Notes: a model not told the origin generated them from the sequence alone. A DNA stretch of 64,000 nt from an uncultured Candidatus Saccharibacteria bacterium (GCA_964641015.1 CAZXJN010000003.1:1819-65818); one strand, 5' to 3'; positions 37,752 to 48,393 are shown, counted from the first letter of the stretch. Translations and numbers: made by a program.

Positions 37752-38687
37752 ATGAACGAATTTATCCCCCGCATACCTGATGAGTATGTGATGCCTTTGA
37801 ATATGAACGGGCTTCGCGGCCGTATGCTGCGCTTACCGCCCAAGAAAAAGACTAAAACTCGTGAGATTCTGCTGATTTATGGACATCACGCCAGTCTGGA
37901 GCGCATGTATGGTGCGGCAGAAGTCCTCAATGATTATGGGGCAGTGACAGTACCTGACTTGCCTGGTTTTGGCGGCATGGACAGCTTTTATAAGATTGGT
38001 GAAGTGCCTGACATGGACACCATGGCAGATTATCTGGCGTCGTTTATCAAATTACGCTATCGAAACCGCCGTCTGACCATTGCGGCGGTATCGTATGGGT
38101 TTACAGTGGTAACACGTATGCTGCAGCGCTACCCTGACCTGACTAAAAAGGTTGATTTGCTGGTGAGTATCGTCGGTTTTTCACACCACGAAGATTTTAT
38201 CTTTTCTTCTACTCGCAAACGAATGTATCAGTGGGGTGCGAAATTCTTCTCACTTGCGCTGCCGGCGATGTTTTTTCGCAACGTCGTGCTGTATCCGGGT
38301 CTGCTGCGGCGTTTTTATGCCCGTACCCACAATGCCAAACACAAATTCAAAGGGATGGACCCGGAAGAAAAGAAAGCCTTGACCGAATTCGAGGTGCATC
38401 TGTGGCGGATTAACGACCTGCGAACATATATGGCGACAAGCGCAGACTTTCTGAAGCTCAACAACTGCTTGCGGCAGGTCGACTTGCCGGTTTGGCATGT
38501 TGGAGTCAAAGAAGACAACTACTTCGATGCCGACACTGTTGAGCAGCATATGCGAGTGATATTTAATGACTTTATTTTTGTGAGTGCGCCATTTGACCGC
38601 CACATGCCTAACGTAATTGCAGGCAAAAAAGAGTCAGCGATTTTGGTACCGCGTAAGATCCGCCAGGAGCTAAATAAGAAGAACTGA
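37752..38687 (+). CDS. Alpha/beta-hydrolase fold protein
   Basis: An oxyanion-like YGHHAS and a nucleophile elbow variant (AAVSYGF). The length is typical. Confidence 0.55.
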   Translation: MNEFIPRIPDEYVMPLNMNGLRGRMLRLPPKKKTKTREILLIYGHHASLERMYGAAEVLNDYGAVTVPDLPGFGGMDSFYKIGEVPDMDTMADYLASFIKLRYRNRRLTIAAVSYGFTVVTRMLQRYPDLTKKVDLLVSIVGFSHHEDFIFSSTRKRMYQWGAKFFSLALPAMFFRNVVLYPGLLRRFYARTHNAKHKFKGMDPEEKKALTEFEVHLWRINDLRTYMATSADFLKLNNCLRQVDLPVWHVGVKEDNYFDADTVEQHMRVIFNDFIFVSAPFDRHMPNVIAGKKESAILVPRKIRQELNKKN

Positions 38688-38711
38688 CCTGTCTCGTGCT
38701 AGAATAGAGGT

Positions 38712-39866
38712 ATGAAAATTGGCCTGGTCTGCCCGTACGACTTTTTTCGGCACGGTGCAGTCCAAAAACTCATCACCTTGCTCGATGAAGAGCTGACGTC
38801 CCGCGGCTATGACGTCCGAATTATCACCCCTCGCCCTCCAGGGTATGAGGGTGATCCGCCAGAGCGCACTATTTTTGTGGGTCGTTCCGCCAAGTGGAAC
38901 ACTCCGCTCAGCACTACCCTGGAGGTTGGTGCCAGCTTTATCCCAAACGGACTCGAGGAGATGCTCGAGGCCGAGCAGTTTGATCTGATAAACGTGCACG
39001 AACCAGAGGTACCGGTACTGGGCGCTCAGATTGCTGCTCGGGCGGATTGTCCCATTATTGCAACCTTTCACGCAACAGTGCCGGAAACCGCTGTGGGCAA
39101 AACCATCGAAATGTTTCGCATACCCTTTTCGCGGTCGCTTTTCCGCAAAGTTGCCGCAATGACTGCAGTGTCGGACAGTGCAGCTCGGTTTGTACGCGAA
39201 TGGTCGGGCCAAGATATTACTATTGTGCCGAACTATATTGACCTCAAGTTGTACCGCGGCGGCAAGCAATACAAACGTGACGAAAACACCATCCTCTATC
39301 TCGGCCGGCTTGAGAAGCGCAAAGGGGTGAAATATCTTATCAGGGCATTTGCCGAACTGGCCGAGAGAGACGAAGCGGTAAAATTGGTGATTGCAGGTGA
39401 TGGCTCTGAGCGGGAAAAGCTTCAGGATTGGGTGGCGACGCATGAGGTGCCCCGGGTTGAATTTTTGGGCGCAGTGAGCGAAGAAGAAAAAATCAAGCTG
39501 CTCAAGCAAGCGGCCATGTATTGCTCGCCAGCAATATATGGCGAGAGCTTTGGCGTGGTACTGCTTGAGGCAATGGCGGCTGGAACACCCACCGTCGCAG
39601 GAGACAATCCCGGCTACGCCTGCGTGATGAAAGATCGCGGGCTGTTATCGCTTGTCAATCCTAAGGATACGGACGATTTTGCGCGGCGGCTCGAGCTATT
39701 TTTACGTGACAAGGACGTCCGCAGCGTATGGCTCAAATGGGCCAATGAGTATGTTGAGCAGTTTGATAGCGAAAAAATAATCAGTGAATATGAGGCGGTC
39801 TACAAGCGAGTGTACGCCGAAAGCAAAAAGGCAAAGAGGCGCAAAAAAGAGGAGCTTACGGGATGA
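38712..39866 (+). CDS. GT4-family glycosyltransferase
   Basis: The N-terminal MKIGLVCPYD and the EX7E region (GESFGVVLLEAMAAGTP). Confidence 0.85.
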   Translation: MKIGLVCPYDFFRHGAVQKLITLLDEELTSRGYDVRIITPRPPGYEGDPPERTIFVGRSAKWNTPLSTTLEVGASFIPNGLEEMLEAEQFDLINVHEPEVPVLGAQIAARADCPIIATFHATVPETAVGKTIEMFRIPFSRSLFRKVAAMTAVSDSAARFVREWSGQDITIVPNYIDLKLYRGGKQYKRDENTILYLGRLEKRKGVKYLIRAFAELAERDEAVKLVIAGDGSEREKLQDWVATHEVPRVEFLGAVSEEEKIKLLKQAAMYCSPAIYGESFGVVLLEAMAAGTPTVAGDNPGYACVMKDRGLLSLVNPKDTDDFARRLELFLRDKDVRSVWLKWANEYVEQFDSEKIISEYEAVYKRVYAESKKAKRRKKEELTG

Positions 39867-40984
39867 AAGTAGGGTTAGTGCTTGATGACACTCTGGATAA
39901 GTCAGATGGCGTTCAGCAGCATGTATTGACGGTAGGAGCCTGGCTCAAGGATCAGGGCCACGAGGTGCATTACCTGGTAGCCGACACCACCCGTAAAGAC
40001 ATTGAAAACGTGCACAGTCTGGGCCGGTTTGTGAGCCTGCGCTACAACAGGAATAATGTGCGTACCCCGCTGCCTGCTTCGCGAAAAAAGATCAAAGCCC
40101 TGCTCGAAGCCGAGCAGTTCGATGTCCTGCACGTACAATTGCCCTATAGTCCACTGCTGGCAAAACAAGTAATCAGGTATGCGGGTGATGCCACGGCAGT
40201 TGTTGGGACGTTTCATATATTGCCGGTTTCAAAAATACACGGGTATTCCAATCAGGCGCTCAGAGTGTTGCTAGGTAAAAGCATCCAACGGTTTGACAAG
40301 ATCCTGGCGGTAAGCGAGCCTGCGGTGCATTTTGCCCGCAAGGCATATGGTATGAGAGCTGACTACTTACCAAACCCTATCAATATTTCGGTATTTCGAG
40401 CTGGCAAGCGTTTGGCAGAATTAAAATCAAAAAAACTGACCATACTATTCCTCGGTCGTTTGGTGAAGCGCAAAGGAATCATGGAGCTGATCGATGCGTA
40501 TAACCATATTGATGACGAGCTGGCTGCAAAAACCCAGCTGATAATTTGTGGCAAGGGTCCGCTCAAAACAAGAGCCAACCATCAGGTACGTGTCGACAGG
40601 AATGTAAAATTTTTAGGGTTTGTACCTGAGAAAAACAAACCAGACTATCTGGCCTCTGCCGATATTGCAGTTTTTCCTTCTACGGGCGGCGAGAGCTTCG
40701 GTATCGTACTACTCGAAGCCATGGCCGCGGGTTCAAAGGTAGTGATTGGCGGCAATAATGCAGGCTATGCGAGTATTCTGGGCGAGCAGCCATATCTATT
40801 GTTTGATCCTCGTGACCGCAATGCCTTTGTCGAGCAGCTGGAGCAATTTATCACTGATGAAAAGCTGCGTGAGCGGATGTATACCTGGCAGCAGCAGACT
40901 ATTCACCAATATGATATTGGGGTGGTGGGACCTAAGCTTGTCAAGATTTATAAAGAAGCACTGGCAAACCGCAAAAACGCATGA
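39863..40984 (+). CDS. GT4-family glycosyltransferase (paralogue)
   Basis: 4-nt overlap with the previous gene. Contains GESFGIVLLEAMAAGSKVV. Confidence 0.85.
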   Translation: MKVGLVLDDTLDKSDGVQQHVLTVGAWLKDQGHEVHYLVADTTRKDIENVHSLGRFVSLRYNRNNVRTPLPASRKKIKALLEAEQFDVLHVQLPYSPLLAKQVIRYAGDATAVVGTFHILPVSKIHGYSNQALRVLLGKSIQRFDKILAVSEPAVHFARKAYGMRADYLPNPINISVFRAGKRLAELKSKKLTILFLGRLVKRKGIMELIDAYNHIDDELAAKTQLIICGKGPLKTRANHQVRVDRNVKFLGFVPEKNKPDYLASADIAVFPSTGGESFGIVLLEAMAAGSKVVIGGNNAGYASILGEQPYLLFDPRDRNAFVEQLEQFITDEKLRERMYTWQQQTIHQYDIGVVGPKLVKIYKEALANRKNA

Positions 40985-41106
40985 GATACTAACAGTATGA
41001 ATCCCGTTATAGTACAGCAATTTATCCTGCGCCACGAGGCGACCAAAGCGTACCTAGATATCCAACCGCCAACCAGCAGCTATAAATTTAATGAGGTCAT
41101 AATGGG

Positions 41107-42243
41107 ATGAAGCTATTTACTAAAAAACCCACCCAAGTTGAAATTACTGTTTCTAACAAAACTGTTCTAAGGGTGCTTGCGCTGGTGCTCGGTTCGGTGC
41201 TGCTGCTGGCTGCTGTCCGGCAGGCCACCCACGCATTGACGTTGATATTCATTGCTTTTTTTCTGGCACTGGCGCTTAATGCACCGGTGCATTGGGTGGC
41301 GAGCAGGCTGCCCGGCAAGCGCAAGGGCAGTCGTGCGCTCGCAACCGCAACAGCCTTTTTGATTGTGGTGATGGTGCTTGGTGCGTTCCTTGCGAGTATT
41401 GTACCGCCGCTCGTACGGCAGACTACCTCATTTATTGATTCTGTACCTGGCTTGATAGAAGATTTGAATGATGAGTCAACCACTCTAGGGCGCTACGTCG
41501 AGCGATATAACTTACGCAGCCAGGTCGAAAGCCTGTCGGAGCAAGCTTCGTCTTGGACGAGTAATTTAACAGGAAGTGCATTTGATACAGCAGGCCGTAT
41601 TGGCAGCAGCATAGCCTCCACGCTTACGGTGCTGGTGCTGACATTTATGATGCTGATTGAGGGTCCGCGCTGGGTACGTATTGGTCGCCGTCTGACACCT
41701 GATAGAAAAGAGGCACATATTGAAACTCTTGTCAGCAGTATGTACCGAGTCGTCAAAGGCTATGTCAACGGTCAGGTGATACTGGCGTCGATGGCGGCAG
41801 TACTACTGCTTCCTGTGCTAATTATTATGGACGTTTCGTATCCATTTGCGCTCATGGTGGTGGTGTTTATTTGCGGACTTATACCGATGGTCGGTCACCT
41901 TATTGGCGCTACGCTTGTCAGTCTTGTGGCGCTCTTTACCTCGCCCTGGGCAGCAATCGTAGTGCTTGGCTATTATATTTTGTACCAGCAGATAGAAAAT
42001 TACGCGGTACAGCCACGCGTGCAGGCTAATACAACTGATATGTCTCCGCTGCTTGTATTCTCGTCCGTTGTGATTGGCGTGAGCTTTAGCGGCCTGCTGG
42101 GCGGTTTGATTGCCATCCCTGTAGCGGGCTGCCTCAAGATACTCGTGCTGGACTACCTTGTCAGAAATGGTCTTATAGGAGCATCCGAAGCTCCTGAAAT
42201 CGAAACTGTCAGCGAAGAAGATTTACCAAAAGAGAAAATTTAA
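41107..42243 (+). CDS. AI-2E family transporter (PerM/UPF0118)
   Basis: About 8 TM segments and typical patterns such as GLIPMVG...LYQQIENYAVQPRV. Confidence 0.8.
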   Translation: MKLFTKKPTQVEITVSNKTVLRVLALVLGSVLLLAAVRQATHALTLIFIAFFLALALNAPVHWVASRLPGKRKGSRALATATAFLIVVMVLGAFLASIVPPLVRQTTSFIDSVPGLIEDLNDESTTLGRYVERYNLRSQVESLSEQASSWTSNLTGSAFDTAGRIGSSIASTLTVLVLTFMMLIEGPRWVRIGRRLTPDRKEAHIETLVSSMYRVVKGYVNGQVILASMAAVLLLPVLIIMDVSYPFALMVVVFICGLIPMVGHLIGATLVSLVALFTSPWAAIVVLGYYILYQQIENYAVQPRVQANTTDMSPLLVFSSVVIGVSFSGLLGGLIAIPVAGCLKILVLDYLVRNGLIGASEAPEIETVSEEDLPKEKI

Positions 42244-42320
42244 CTAACCAGAGAGAATAGCACGTCGTATCACGCTATATATGGTGTACCTACGCTATAT
42301 ATAGCGTAGTATACACGGGC

Positions 42321-43787
42321 TTACAATCTGTTCCAGATAGTGCCGTGTTGAGTATCACGAACTTCGATGCCCTGCTCTTTTAGCTGATTGCGGAGCTTAT
42401 CTGATGCTGCCCAATCCTGACTAGCGCGTGCTGTTTCACGGTCTTTTATGAGCTGCTTTTGTTCGGTGGTTATATCGCTGCTTCGCAAATCAATACCCAA
42501 CAGGTCATTAATGGCAGCAAGAGCTTCTGCGCTAGGTGCCTTATTGCTAGATTGCACACTCTCAAGATAGGCGTCAATGGCGGCTACCGCCTTTGGCGTA
42601 TCAAGATCGGTTTGCAGGTGCGGCAGCAGCTGTAATTGCTTGTCAGATGCAGGAAGTTGCCAGGTGCTGTCAGCCGAGGCGCGCCAGCTGTTGAGCCTGT
42701 TTTGAGCCGCCTCTAGGATTTCCCACGTAAAATTTCCCTCTGTGCGGTAATGTTTGCTCAGTACGAGCAATTTGAAAGCTTGCAGGTCATATCCCTTGCC
42801 CTTGATATCTTGCAGGGTGTAAACATTGCCTAGCGATTTGCTCATCTTGGTGCCATCGACCTTGATATGGTTTGCATGCAGCCAAAAATTAGCAAATTTT
42901 TGATTGGTTACGGCTTCGGTCTGGGCGATTTCATTAGTATGGTGTACGGGAATATGGTCTATGCCGCCGGTGTGAATGTCTATTTGATCGCCAAGCAGCT
43001 CCCGGGCCATGACTGAGCATTCCAAATGCCATCCCGGAAACCCCCACGAACCACGCACCGCATCGGCCTGTTGCTCGCTGGTTTCTTGCGCTGCATCCAT
43101 GTCCATGGTTCGTGCTGCGCCTATTTTGTGCACCTCGTCTGAACTGTCTCCAGGTTTTTGCCATGGTGCCCACCATTCCATATCGCGTTTTTCGCTTGGG
43201 TCAGAGAATTTCCATACGGCAAAATCCGTCGGGTTTTTCTTGCCGGTGTCTGCCACCCGCGCACCAAACTGCAACCCGTCTATATCCAGCCGTGCTAGTT
43301 CACCGTAGTTATCTAGCTTGCTGGTGTCAAAATACACGCCGTCGGCAACGCGATAGGTATAGCCCTTTTCCTCCAAAGTTTTTACAAAGTCAATCTGCTG
43401 CTGGATATATTCCGTGGCCCGCGGCATGTGCGTTGGGCGGGTCAGCCCAAGCTCTTCGTAGGCCTCTCGGTCGGCTATATCAATGTACTTTTCCGCCACT
43501 TGCCAAGCGGTTAACCCCTCGGCTAGCGCGCCTTTAAGCATTTTGTCTTCACCGGCATCTTCGTCAGATGTTAAGTGGCCAACATCAGTAATATTCTGCA
43601 CATGCTCAACTTCATATCCGCTGGCCCGCAGCGTGCGTACCAAAACATCCCAGTAGATGTACGCCACCCAGTTGCCAATGTGCGGTTGGCTGTAAACGGT
43701 CAAGCCACAAGCATAAAGCCTAATCTCGCCGTCTTTAATTGGCGTAAATTCTTCTGCCTGCCTGGTGAGAGTGTTATAGAGTTTCAC
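42321..43787 (-). CDS. cysS: Cysteinyl-tRNA synthetase
   Basis: HIGN (HIGH) and KMSKSLGN motifs plus the zinc-site context GWHLEC. It contains a ~50-aa acidic insertion. Confidence 0.95.
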   Translation of the reverse strand: MKLYNTLTRQAEEFTPIKDGEIRLYACGLTVYSQPHIGNWVAYIYWDVLVRTLRASGYEVEHVQNITDVGHLTSDEDAGEDKMLKGALAEGLTAWQVAEKYIDIADREAYEELGLTRPTHMPRATEYIQQQIDFVKTLEEKGYTYRVADGVYFDTSKLDNYGELARLDIDGLQFGARVADTGKKNPTDFAVWKFSDPSEKRDMEWWAPWQKPGDSSDEVHKIGAARTMDMDAAQETSEQQADAVRGSWGFPGWHLECSVMARELLGDQIDIHTGGIDHIPVHHTNEIAQTEAVTNQKFANFWLHANHIKVDGTKMSKSLGNVYTLQDIKGKGYDLQAFKLLVLSKHYRTEGNFTWEILEAAQNRLNSWRASADSTWQLPASDKQLQLLPHLQTDLDTPKAVAAIDAYLESVQSSNKAPSAEALAAINDLLGIDLRSSDITTEQKQLIKDRETARASQDWAASDKLRNQLKEQGIEVRDTQHGTIWNRL

Positions 43788-44774
43788 TTATATTAATTCC
43801 TCGATTTTATGGATGATTTTGCTTTTGATTTCATCCAGCTGTTTGCCTTCTAATTTAAACCCGCTGGCATGTTTGTGCCCGCCGCCGCCAAAATGCTCGG
43901 CCAGGTTTGCAGCGACCGGCGCATCGTTGTTGGAGCGTATGGCGGCAGTAATGCGGCCGCTGTCATAGCTTTTTATTACGACGCTGATTAACACGCCTTC
44001 TGTCTGCAGATGGTCAGGCTGGATAAGCGGCGCTGGGTTATAGAGCGGGCTGTAATCATTTATTTCCTGCTGCGGGATGATGACCAGCGCTAGTTTGCCG
44101 TCATGGTGGAATTCAGTGCGCTGTATTAGCTGGGCTTTGTAAGCAAATATATCGCGGTGCATTTTGTTGAATGCCCGGCGCTGTTCCTCAAGTTTGGGCC
44201 GGTTTACGCCTGCTTCAACCAACGCTGCCATGGTTTTATATGTCTCTGGCGTGGTGTTCTCTGTTGTCAAGCCCATGCTGTCTGCCAGGATTGAAGTCAT
44301 GATAAATTCTAGGGCATCGAGCGACAGCGGCCAGTCAAGAGATTTGGCAATATCATAAATAATCTGCCCGGTTGATACTTTGTCCGGCTGGTTTAGGATT
44401 ACTTCAGCAAATGGGATATCATTGGCGGATTCAGCGTGGTGATCAAATACAATCGCAGGCTTGGCTGCCACCCAGCCTATGCTTCCAGAATCTTGCAGCT
44501 GCTCCAACAGGCTCATAGCTGAGGTATCGACAATGATGCTGGCGTCAAATTGGCTCGGAATTTCATTTGCCACCCTATCCCAACCAGGCAGGTAGCGCAG
44601 GTACTGCGGCATATCAATACCGCAATAAAGCAGCGGCTGCTTGCCTAGTTCATGCAAAATTGACTCTAAGGCAAGGGCTGATGCAAGACTGTCTGCATCA
44701 GGGTTGTCAGCTTGGATTATCAGGATTTTCTGGCTGTCGGCAATGATTTGGCCAATCTGTTCGATCTCTGTCAT
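43788..44774 (-). CDS. DHH/DHHA1 phosphoesterase (NrnA-like)
   Basis: Motifs DADSLAS, DHH (VFDHH) and GGGGHKHASG. Confidence 0.8.
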   Translation of the reverse strand: MTEIEQIGQIIADSQKILIIQADNPDADSLASALALESILHELGKQPLLYCGIDMPQYLRYLPGWDRVANEIPSQFDASIIVDTSAMSLLEQLQDSGSIGWVAAKPAIVFDHHAESANDIPFAEVILNQPDKVSTGQIIYDIAKSLDWPLSLDALEFIMTSILADSMGLTTENTTPETYKTMAALVEAGVNRPKLEEQRRAFNKMHRDIFAYKAQLIQRTEFHHDGKLALVIIPQQEINDYSPLYNPAPLIQPDHLQTEGVLISVVIKSYDSGRITAAIRSNNDAPVAANLAEHFGGGGHKHASGFKLEGKQLDEIKSKIIHKIEELI

Positions 44775-44807
44775 AGGGATATTGTACTATCTGTCAGCCA
44801 CTATCTG

Positions 44808-45419
44808 CTAACTGTTAATCTGAGTCCTGCCCTCTAAGGCTCTGCCAAGAGTAATTTGATCGGCATACTCTAAATCTACTCCAATCGGCAGTCCGCGTGC
44901 TAAGCGGCTGATTTTGACCTTTCTATCACCGACCTGCTGCTGAATATATAGTGCGGTGCTTTCGCCCTCAACGCTGGCGTTGGTTGCCAGAATAACTTCC
45001 TTTACCTTGTCATCATCTATGCGTTTCATCAGCTGAGGAATAGTGAGCTGCTCGGGTCCAATGCCGTCAATTGGTGACACAAGGCCGCCAAGCACATGGT
45101 ACGTTCCTTTAAACTGGTTGGTTTTCTCTAGGGCTAGGATATCAAACGGCTCTGCGACTACCGCTACGAGCTTTTTGTCTCTATCAGGGTCGGTGTAGAG
45201 CGGCGAATACTCCTGGCCAGACTCGATCAGCGCAAATGTTTTTTTGCAGAGGCTAATGCTGCTGTGTAGCTTTTCGAGTGACACGGCAAGAGTCTTGGCC
45301 TTTGTTGGGTCAGTGCGAAACAAATAGTAGGCGTAGCGTTCTGCGGTGCGTGAGCCCACCCCTGGCAGGACTGACAGGTCGTCAATTAATTTTTGCAAAG
45401 CCTTTGGCAGAACAGCCAC
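44808..45419 (-). CDS. recR: Recombination protein RecR (Cys4 zinc-finger positions not conserved)
   Basis: An HhH N-terminus (LPGVGSRTAERYAY) and a Toprim domain (VKEVILATNASVEGESTA). The zinc-finger region reads ISLCKKTFALIESGQEYSPLYTDPDRD. Confidence 0.9.
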   Translation of the reverse strand: MAVLPKALQKLIDDLSVLPGVGSRTAERYAYYLFRTDPTKAKTLAVSLEKLHSSISLCKKTFALIESGQEYSPLYTDPDRDKKLVAVVAEPFDILALEKTNQFKGTYHVLGGLVSPIDGIGPEQLTIPQLMKRIDDDKVKEVILATNASVEGESTALYIQQQVGDRKVKISRLARGLPIGVDLEYADQITLGRALEGRTQINS

Positions 45420-45461
45420 TACTTTATACTTTCAACTTTCTACTTTTAACTAGAATCTAGG

Positions 45462-45755
45462 CTATAAGCCTAGATTCCCGAGCATGCCCATCATTGGCTG
45501 CATTTTGTCAGCTGCCAGTTTTTGGCTCGCTTTAATAGCCTCTTTGACTGCATCTTCGACATAGCGCTCGAGCTCGCCAATATCATCTAGATCTACCTGG
45601 TCAGGATCGATATGGATCTTCTTAATCTTTTGTTCGCCGTTGATTTCTACGCGGACAACGCCGTCGCCAGCCTCAACAGTGATAATTTCCTTCTGCAGTT
45701 CCTTCTGCAGCTTCTTTACCTTCATTAGCATTTTTGCTTGATCGAATTTACTCAC
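45462..45755 (-). CDS. ybaB: YbaB/EbfC nucleoid-associated protein
   Basis: 97 aa with the typical MLMKVKKLQKELQK...V.VEINGEQKI pattern, located upstream of recR. Confidence 0.85.
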   Translation of the reverse strand: MSKFDQAKMLMKVKKLQKELQKEIITVEAGDGVVRVEINGEQKIKKIHIDPDQVDLDDIGELERYVEDAVKEAIKASQKLAADKMQPMMGMLGNLGL

Positions 45756-45801
45756 AAATGTACTCCTTGTTCTCTGTCAAATAGTATAACAAAATGACGG
45801 T

Positions 45802-47025
45802 CTACTGACGAGCCTCTTCTGTTCGCGGCTCGATAAATACTTGCTTGGTCGCATCGCTGTTGGGCCAGGCGACAAAATACCGATGAAGCTGGAAGTTGAT
45901 TGCTGATACGATGACGATGGCTAGGAGCGCGGCGCCTGTGTAGCGCGCAATGGGATTACGCGGAAACACTGCCAGCCACTCGTTGATGAGCTTTTGGGTG
46001 CCGAACCCAATCACGATATAGACAAATGGGAGTAGCAAAATGAGCCCCTGCCAATTAGCCGTAATGCCAATCCATAAGAGTCCCAGTAAAAATACGCCGA
46101 CAATAATCCAGAACCGGTCGAGCCGAAAGCGCTGGATGAGCGAAATTATCCCATAGAGAAACATCGTAGTAGCAAAGATATCAAGTATGGGCTGCCGTCC
46201 AAGCCAGAAGGCCGGATTAAAAGGAGACATAACGAACAGGCTGGTAAGGGCGGTACCGCTAGAGCGGGCTATCTCGCTGAGCGAAGAGAAATCCTCGGGC
46301 AAACCAAGGTATGCCTGCCAAAGAGATGGTTCACGTATCAAACTGACAAGTATCGGCACGCACAAAATGCCAAACAGCACAGATGCAGCAATAATAATCG
46401 GTGGCTGCAAGCGCTCTATCGTTTTTCGTATCTGCGGAAGCTGCCAAATGGCGGCCGGCACAATAAACAAAATCATTCCCGGTACGTACAGCGATAATCC
46501 CAATATGATTGCTGCAAGTATCCAGCCGATGTCCTTTCGGCTATGAAAGCGAATAAAATACCCAACCCCAACCACTGCGAACAGCGATAAGAGCATCACC
46601 GATGGAGTGGCGGTGCGCGTCATCATCAAAAAGAATGTGGAGGTGCTGAACATTACCGTAGTCGCCAGCGCAACAAGCGGACTATAGAGCCGGCGGGCCG
46701 CTGCAAAGAACAGCCCAACTGTCAATGCTCCTACCAGTGCCCCAACCAGCCGCAGCCCAAACACCGAATCAAATACCGATGTGCTTATAAATACAGCTGT
46801 TTTATACGGTGCTTGTACAGGGTTGTTGATGATATCTGAAATACTGCTGGCGCTTTCTAGTGTGGCTTGCTCCGCAGTAGTAATGCCAGGTGTCAGGCTC
46901 TGCAACTGCATTAGCATAAGAAGCAGAATAGCGCCAATACCAATGACTCCCAGCAGCATTGTCCGCCACATCGCCAAAAACACGTTCCACAGTTTTTTCA
47001 TAGTGCTTACGCGTAAGTATATCAT
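45802..47025 (-). CDS. Polytopic membrane protein, GT-C (ArnT/PMT-like) glycosyltransferase candidate
   Basis: About 11 hydrophobic segments with a first extracytoplasmic loop architecture. The start is either 47025, 3 nt after the dnaB stop, or 47001 (MKKLW). Confidence 0.5.
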   Translation of the reverse strand: MIYLRVSTMKKLWNVFLAMWRTMLLGVIGIGAILLLMLMQLQSLTPGITTAEQATLESASSISDIINNPVQAPYKTAVFISTSVFDSVFGLRLVGALVGALTVGLFFAAARRLYSPLVALATTVMFSTSTFFLMMTRTATPSVMLLSLFAVVGVGYFIRFHSRKDIGWILAAIILGLSLYVPGMILFIVPAAIWQLPQIRKTIERLQPPIIIAASVLFGILCVPILVSLIREPSLWQAYLGLPEDFSSLSEIARSSGTALTSLFVMSPFNPAFWLGRQPILDIFATTMFLYGIISLIQRFRLDRFWIIVGVFLLGLLWIGITANWQGLILLLPFVYIVIGFGTQKLINEWLAVFPRNPIARYTGAALLAIVIVSAINFQLHRYFVAWPNSDATKQVFIEPRTEEARQ

Positions 47026-47028
47026 CTT

Positions 47029-48393
47029 TTATGACTGGAATGGTTGCTCGTGGCGCGTGTCTAGCGAACGGATTCGCTGCTTCTCGCGGTCAAAATAGAG
47101 TTCGACTTGTCCGGTGGGGCCGTTCCGGTGTTTTTTGATGAATATATCCATGATATTCTTACGTTCTGATTCAGGATTGTAGTAATCTTCCCGGTACAAA
47201 AACGCTACCACATCAGCATCTTGCTCAATAGATCCTGATTCACGCAGGTCAGCAAGCTGCGGAATCTGCGGGCTGCGGCTTTCGACCGAGCGGCTGAGCT
47301 GGCTGAGCGCAATCAGTGGCACGTTGAGTTCACGTGCGACACCTTTGAGGCCTCGGGAGATTTCGGATATTTCCTGCACGCGGTTGCTATCACTGCTAAA
47401 CCGGCTGCCGCCACTCATCAGCTGGAGGTAGTCTACGATGATGAGGCCTAAGGGGTGCTGGTGCGCTTCGCGGCGGGCTTTGGTACGGAGGTCGCTGACA
47501 GTGATACCAGGCGTATCATCGATATAAATCTGAGCTTCGCTAAGCGTACCCATGGCATGGCTGATTTTCTCAAAATCATTGTCGGTTAGGTTGCCAGTAC
47601 GAAGCGCCCAGGCATCGACGCCTGATTCACGAGCGAGCATACGGTCGACCAGCTGTTCTTTGCCCATTTCGAGACTGAACACTAGTACAGGCTGCTGTGC
47701 CTTAACCGCGACATTATGAGCGAGGTTGAGCACAAACGCGGTTTTACCCATTGATGGCCGAGCAGCCAAGACAAACAGATCGGATCGCTGCAAACCAGCC
47801 AGCATATTATCGAGGTCTTTGTACCCCGTTGGTACGCCGCGCAGCTTGCCTTTGTCCTTGTGGAGTTCATCGAGCCTGTCAAAACTTTCGCTCAGGATAT
47901 TTTCGATACTATGAATGTCTTGTTTGATGTGATTATCAGACACTTGAAACAGCTGTGTTTCAGCAGTCTCTATCAGATCCTGCAGGCTCTGTGTTTCGTC
48001 ATAGCCGAGCTCGGCGATTGACTGGCTGGCCTTGATGAGGCGCCGGCGCATGCTTTTCTGGGCGATAATTTCTGCATAGCGATCGGCGTGCGTGGCAGTA
48101 GGGACAAAGTTCGTTAATTCGGTCAAATAACTAGCGCCTCCCACCATTTCGAGCATACCGCTGTCTTTTAGCTGATCGGACAAAGTCAGGACATCGATCG
48201 GACTATGCTTTTCATAAAGCTTCATGACTGCTTCATAGATTCGGGCATGACGCTCATCATAAAAGTCTTCCGGCCGCAGAATATCCGCTACCTTAACAAT
48301 TGCATCCGAATCGATCAGCACCGCACCAAGCAGGCTTGCTTCGGCTTCGGTATTTTGCGGCGGTAAGTTTTTCGGTCTGTTATCCGGATTCAT
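47029..48393 (-). CDS. dnaB: Replicative DNA helicase
   Basis: Walker A motif ARPSMGKTAF, LSQLSR, and the N-terminal PPQNTEAEASLLGAVL. Confidence 0.95.
   Translation of the reverse strand: MNPDNRPKNLPPQNTEAEASLLGAVLIDSDAIVKVADILRPEDFYDERHARIYEAVMKLYEKHSPIDVLTLSDQLKDSGMLEMVGGASYLTELTNFVPTATHADRYAEIIAQKSMRRRLIKASQSIAELGYDETQSLQDLIETAETQLFQVSDNHIKQDIHSIENILSESFDRLDELHKDKGKLRGVPTGYKDLDNMLAGLQRSDLFVLAARPSMGKTAFVLNLAHNVAVKAQQPVLVFSLEMGKEQLVDRMLARESGVDAWALRTGNLTDNDFEKISHAMGTLSEAQIYIDDTPGITVSDLRTKARREAHQHPLGLIIVDYLQLMSGGSRFSSDSNRVQEISEISRGLKGVARELNVPLIALSQLSRSVESRSPQIPQLADLRESGSIEQDADVVAFLYREDYYNPESERKNIMDIFIKKHRNGPTGQVELYFDREKQRIRSLDTRHEQPFQS

Noticed and set aside
38670-39509. A 279-aa minus-strand ORF.
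   Set aside because: It lies entirely antisense to a well-supported GT4 glycosyltransferase gene and its composition is typical of a shadow ORF. The same reasoning applies to these shadow ORFs: 1414..1962(-), 6012..6512(-), 10065..10562(+), 15461..16105(+), 17690..18187(-), 23844..24365(-), 30977..31459(-), 32286..32792(-), 49217..49900(+), 54167..54682(+) and 60399..60965(+).
42272-42308. An 18-nt perfect palindrome TACGCTATATATAGCGTA (42291-42308), plus a direct copy of ACGCTATATAT at 42272-42282.
   Set aside because: It sits between the convergent AI-2E transporter and cysS genes, so it is most simply a terminator-like hairpin shared by both. There is no further evidence for a regulatory or mobile role.
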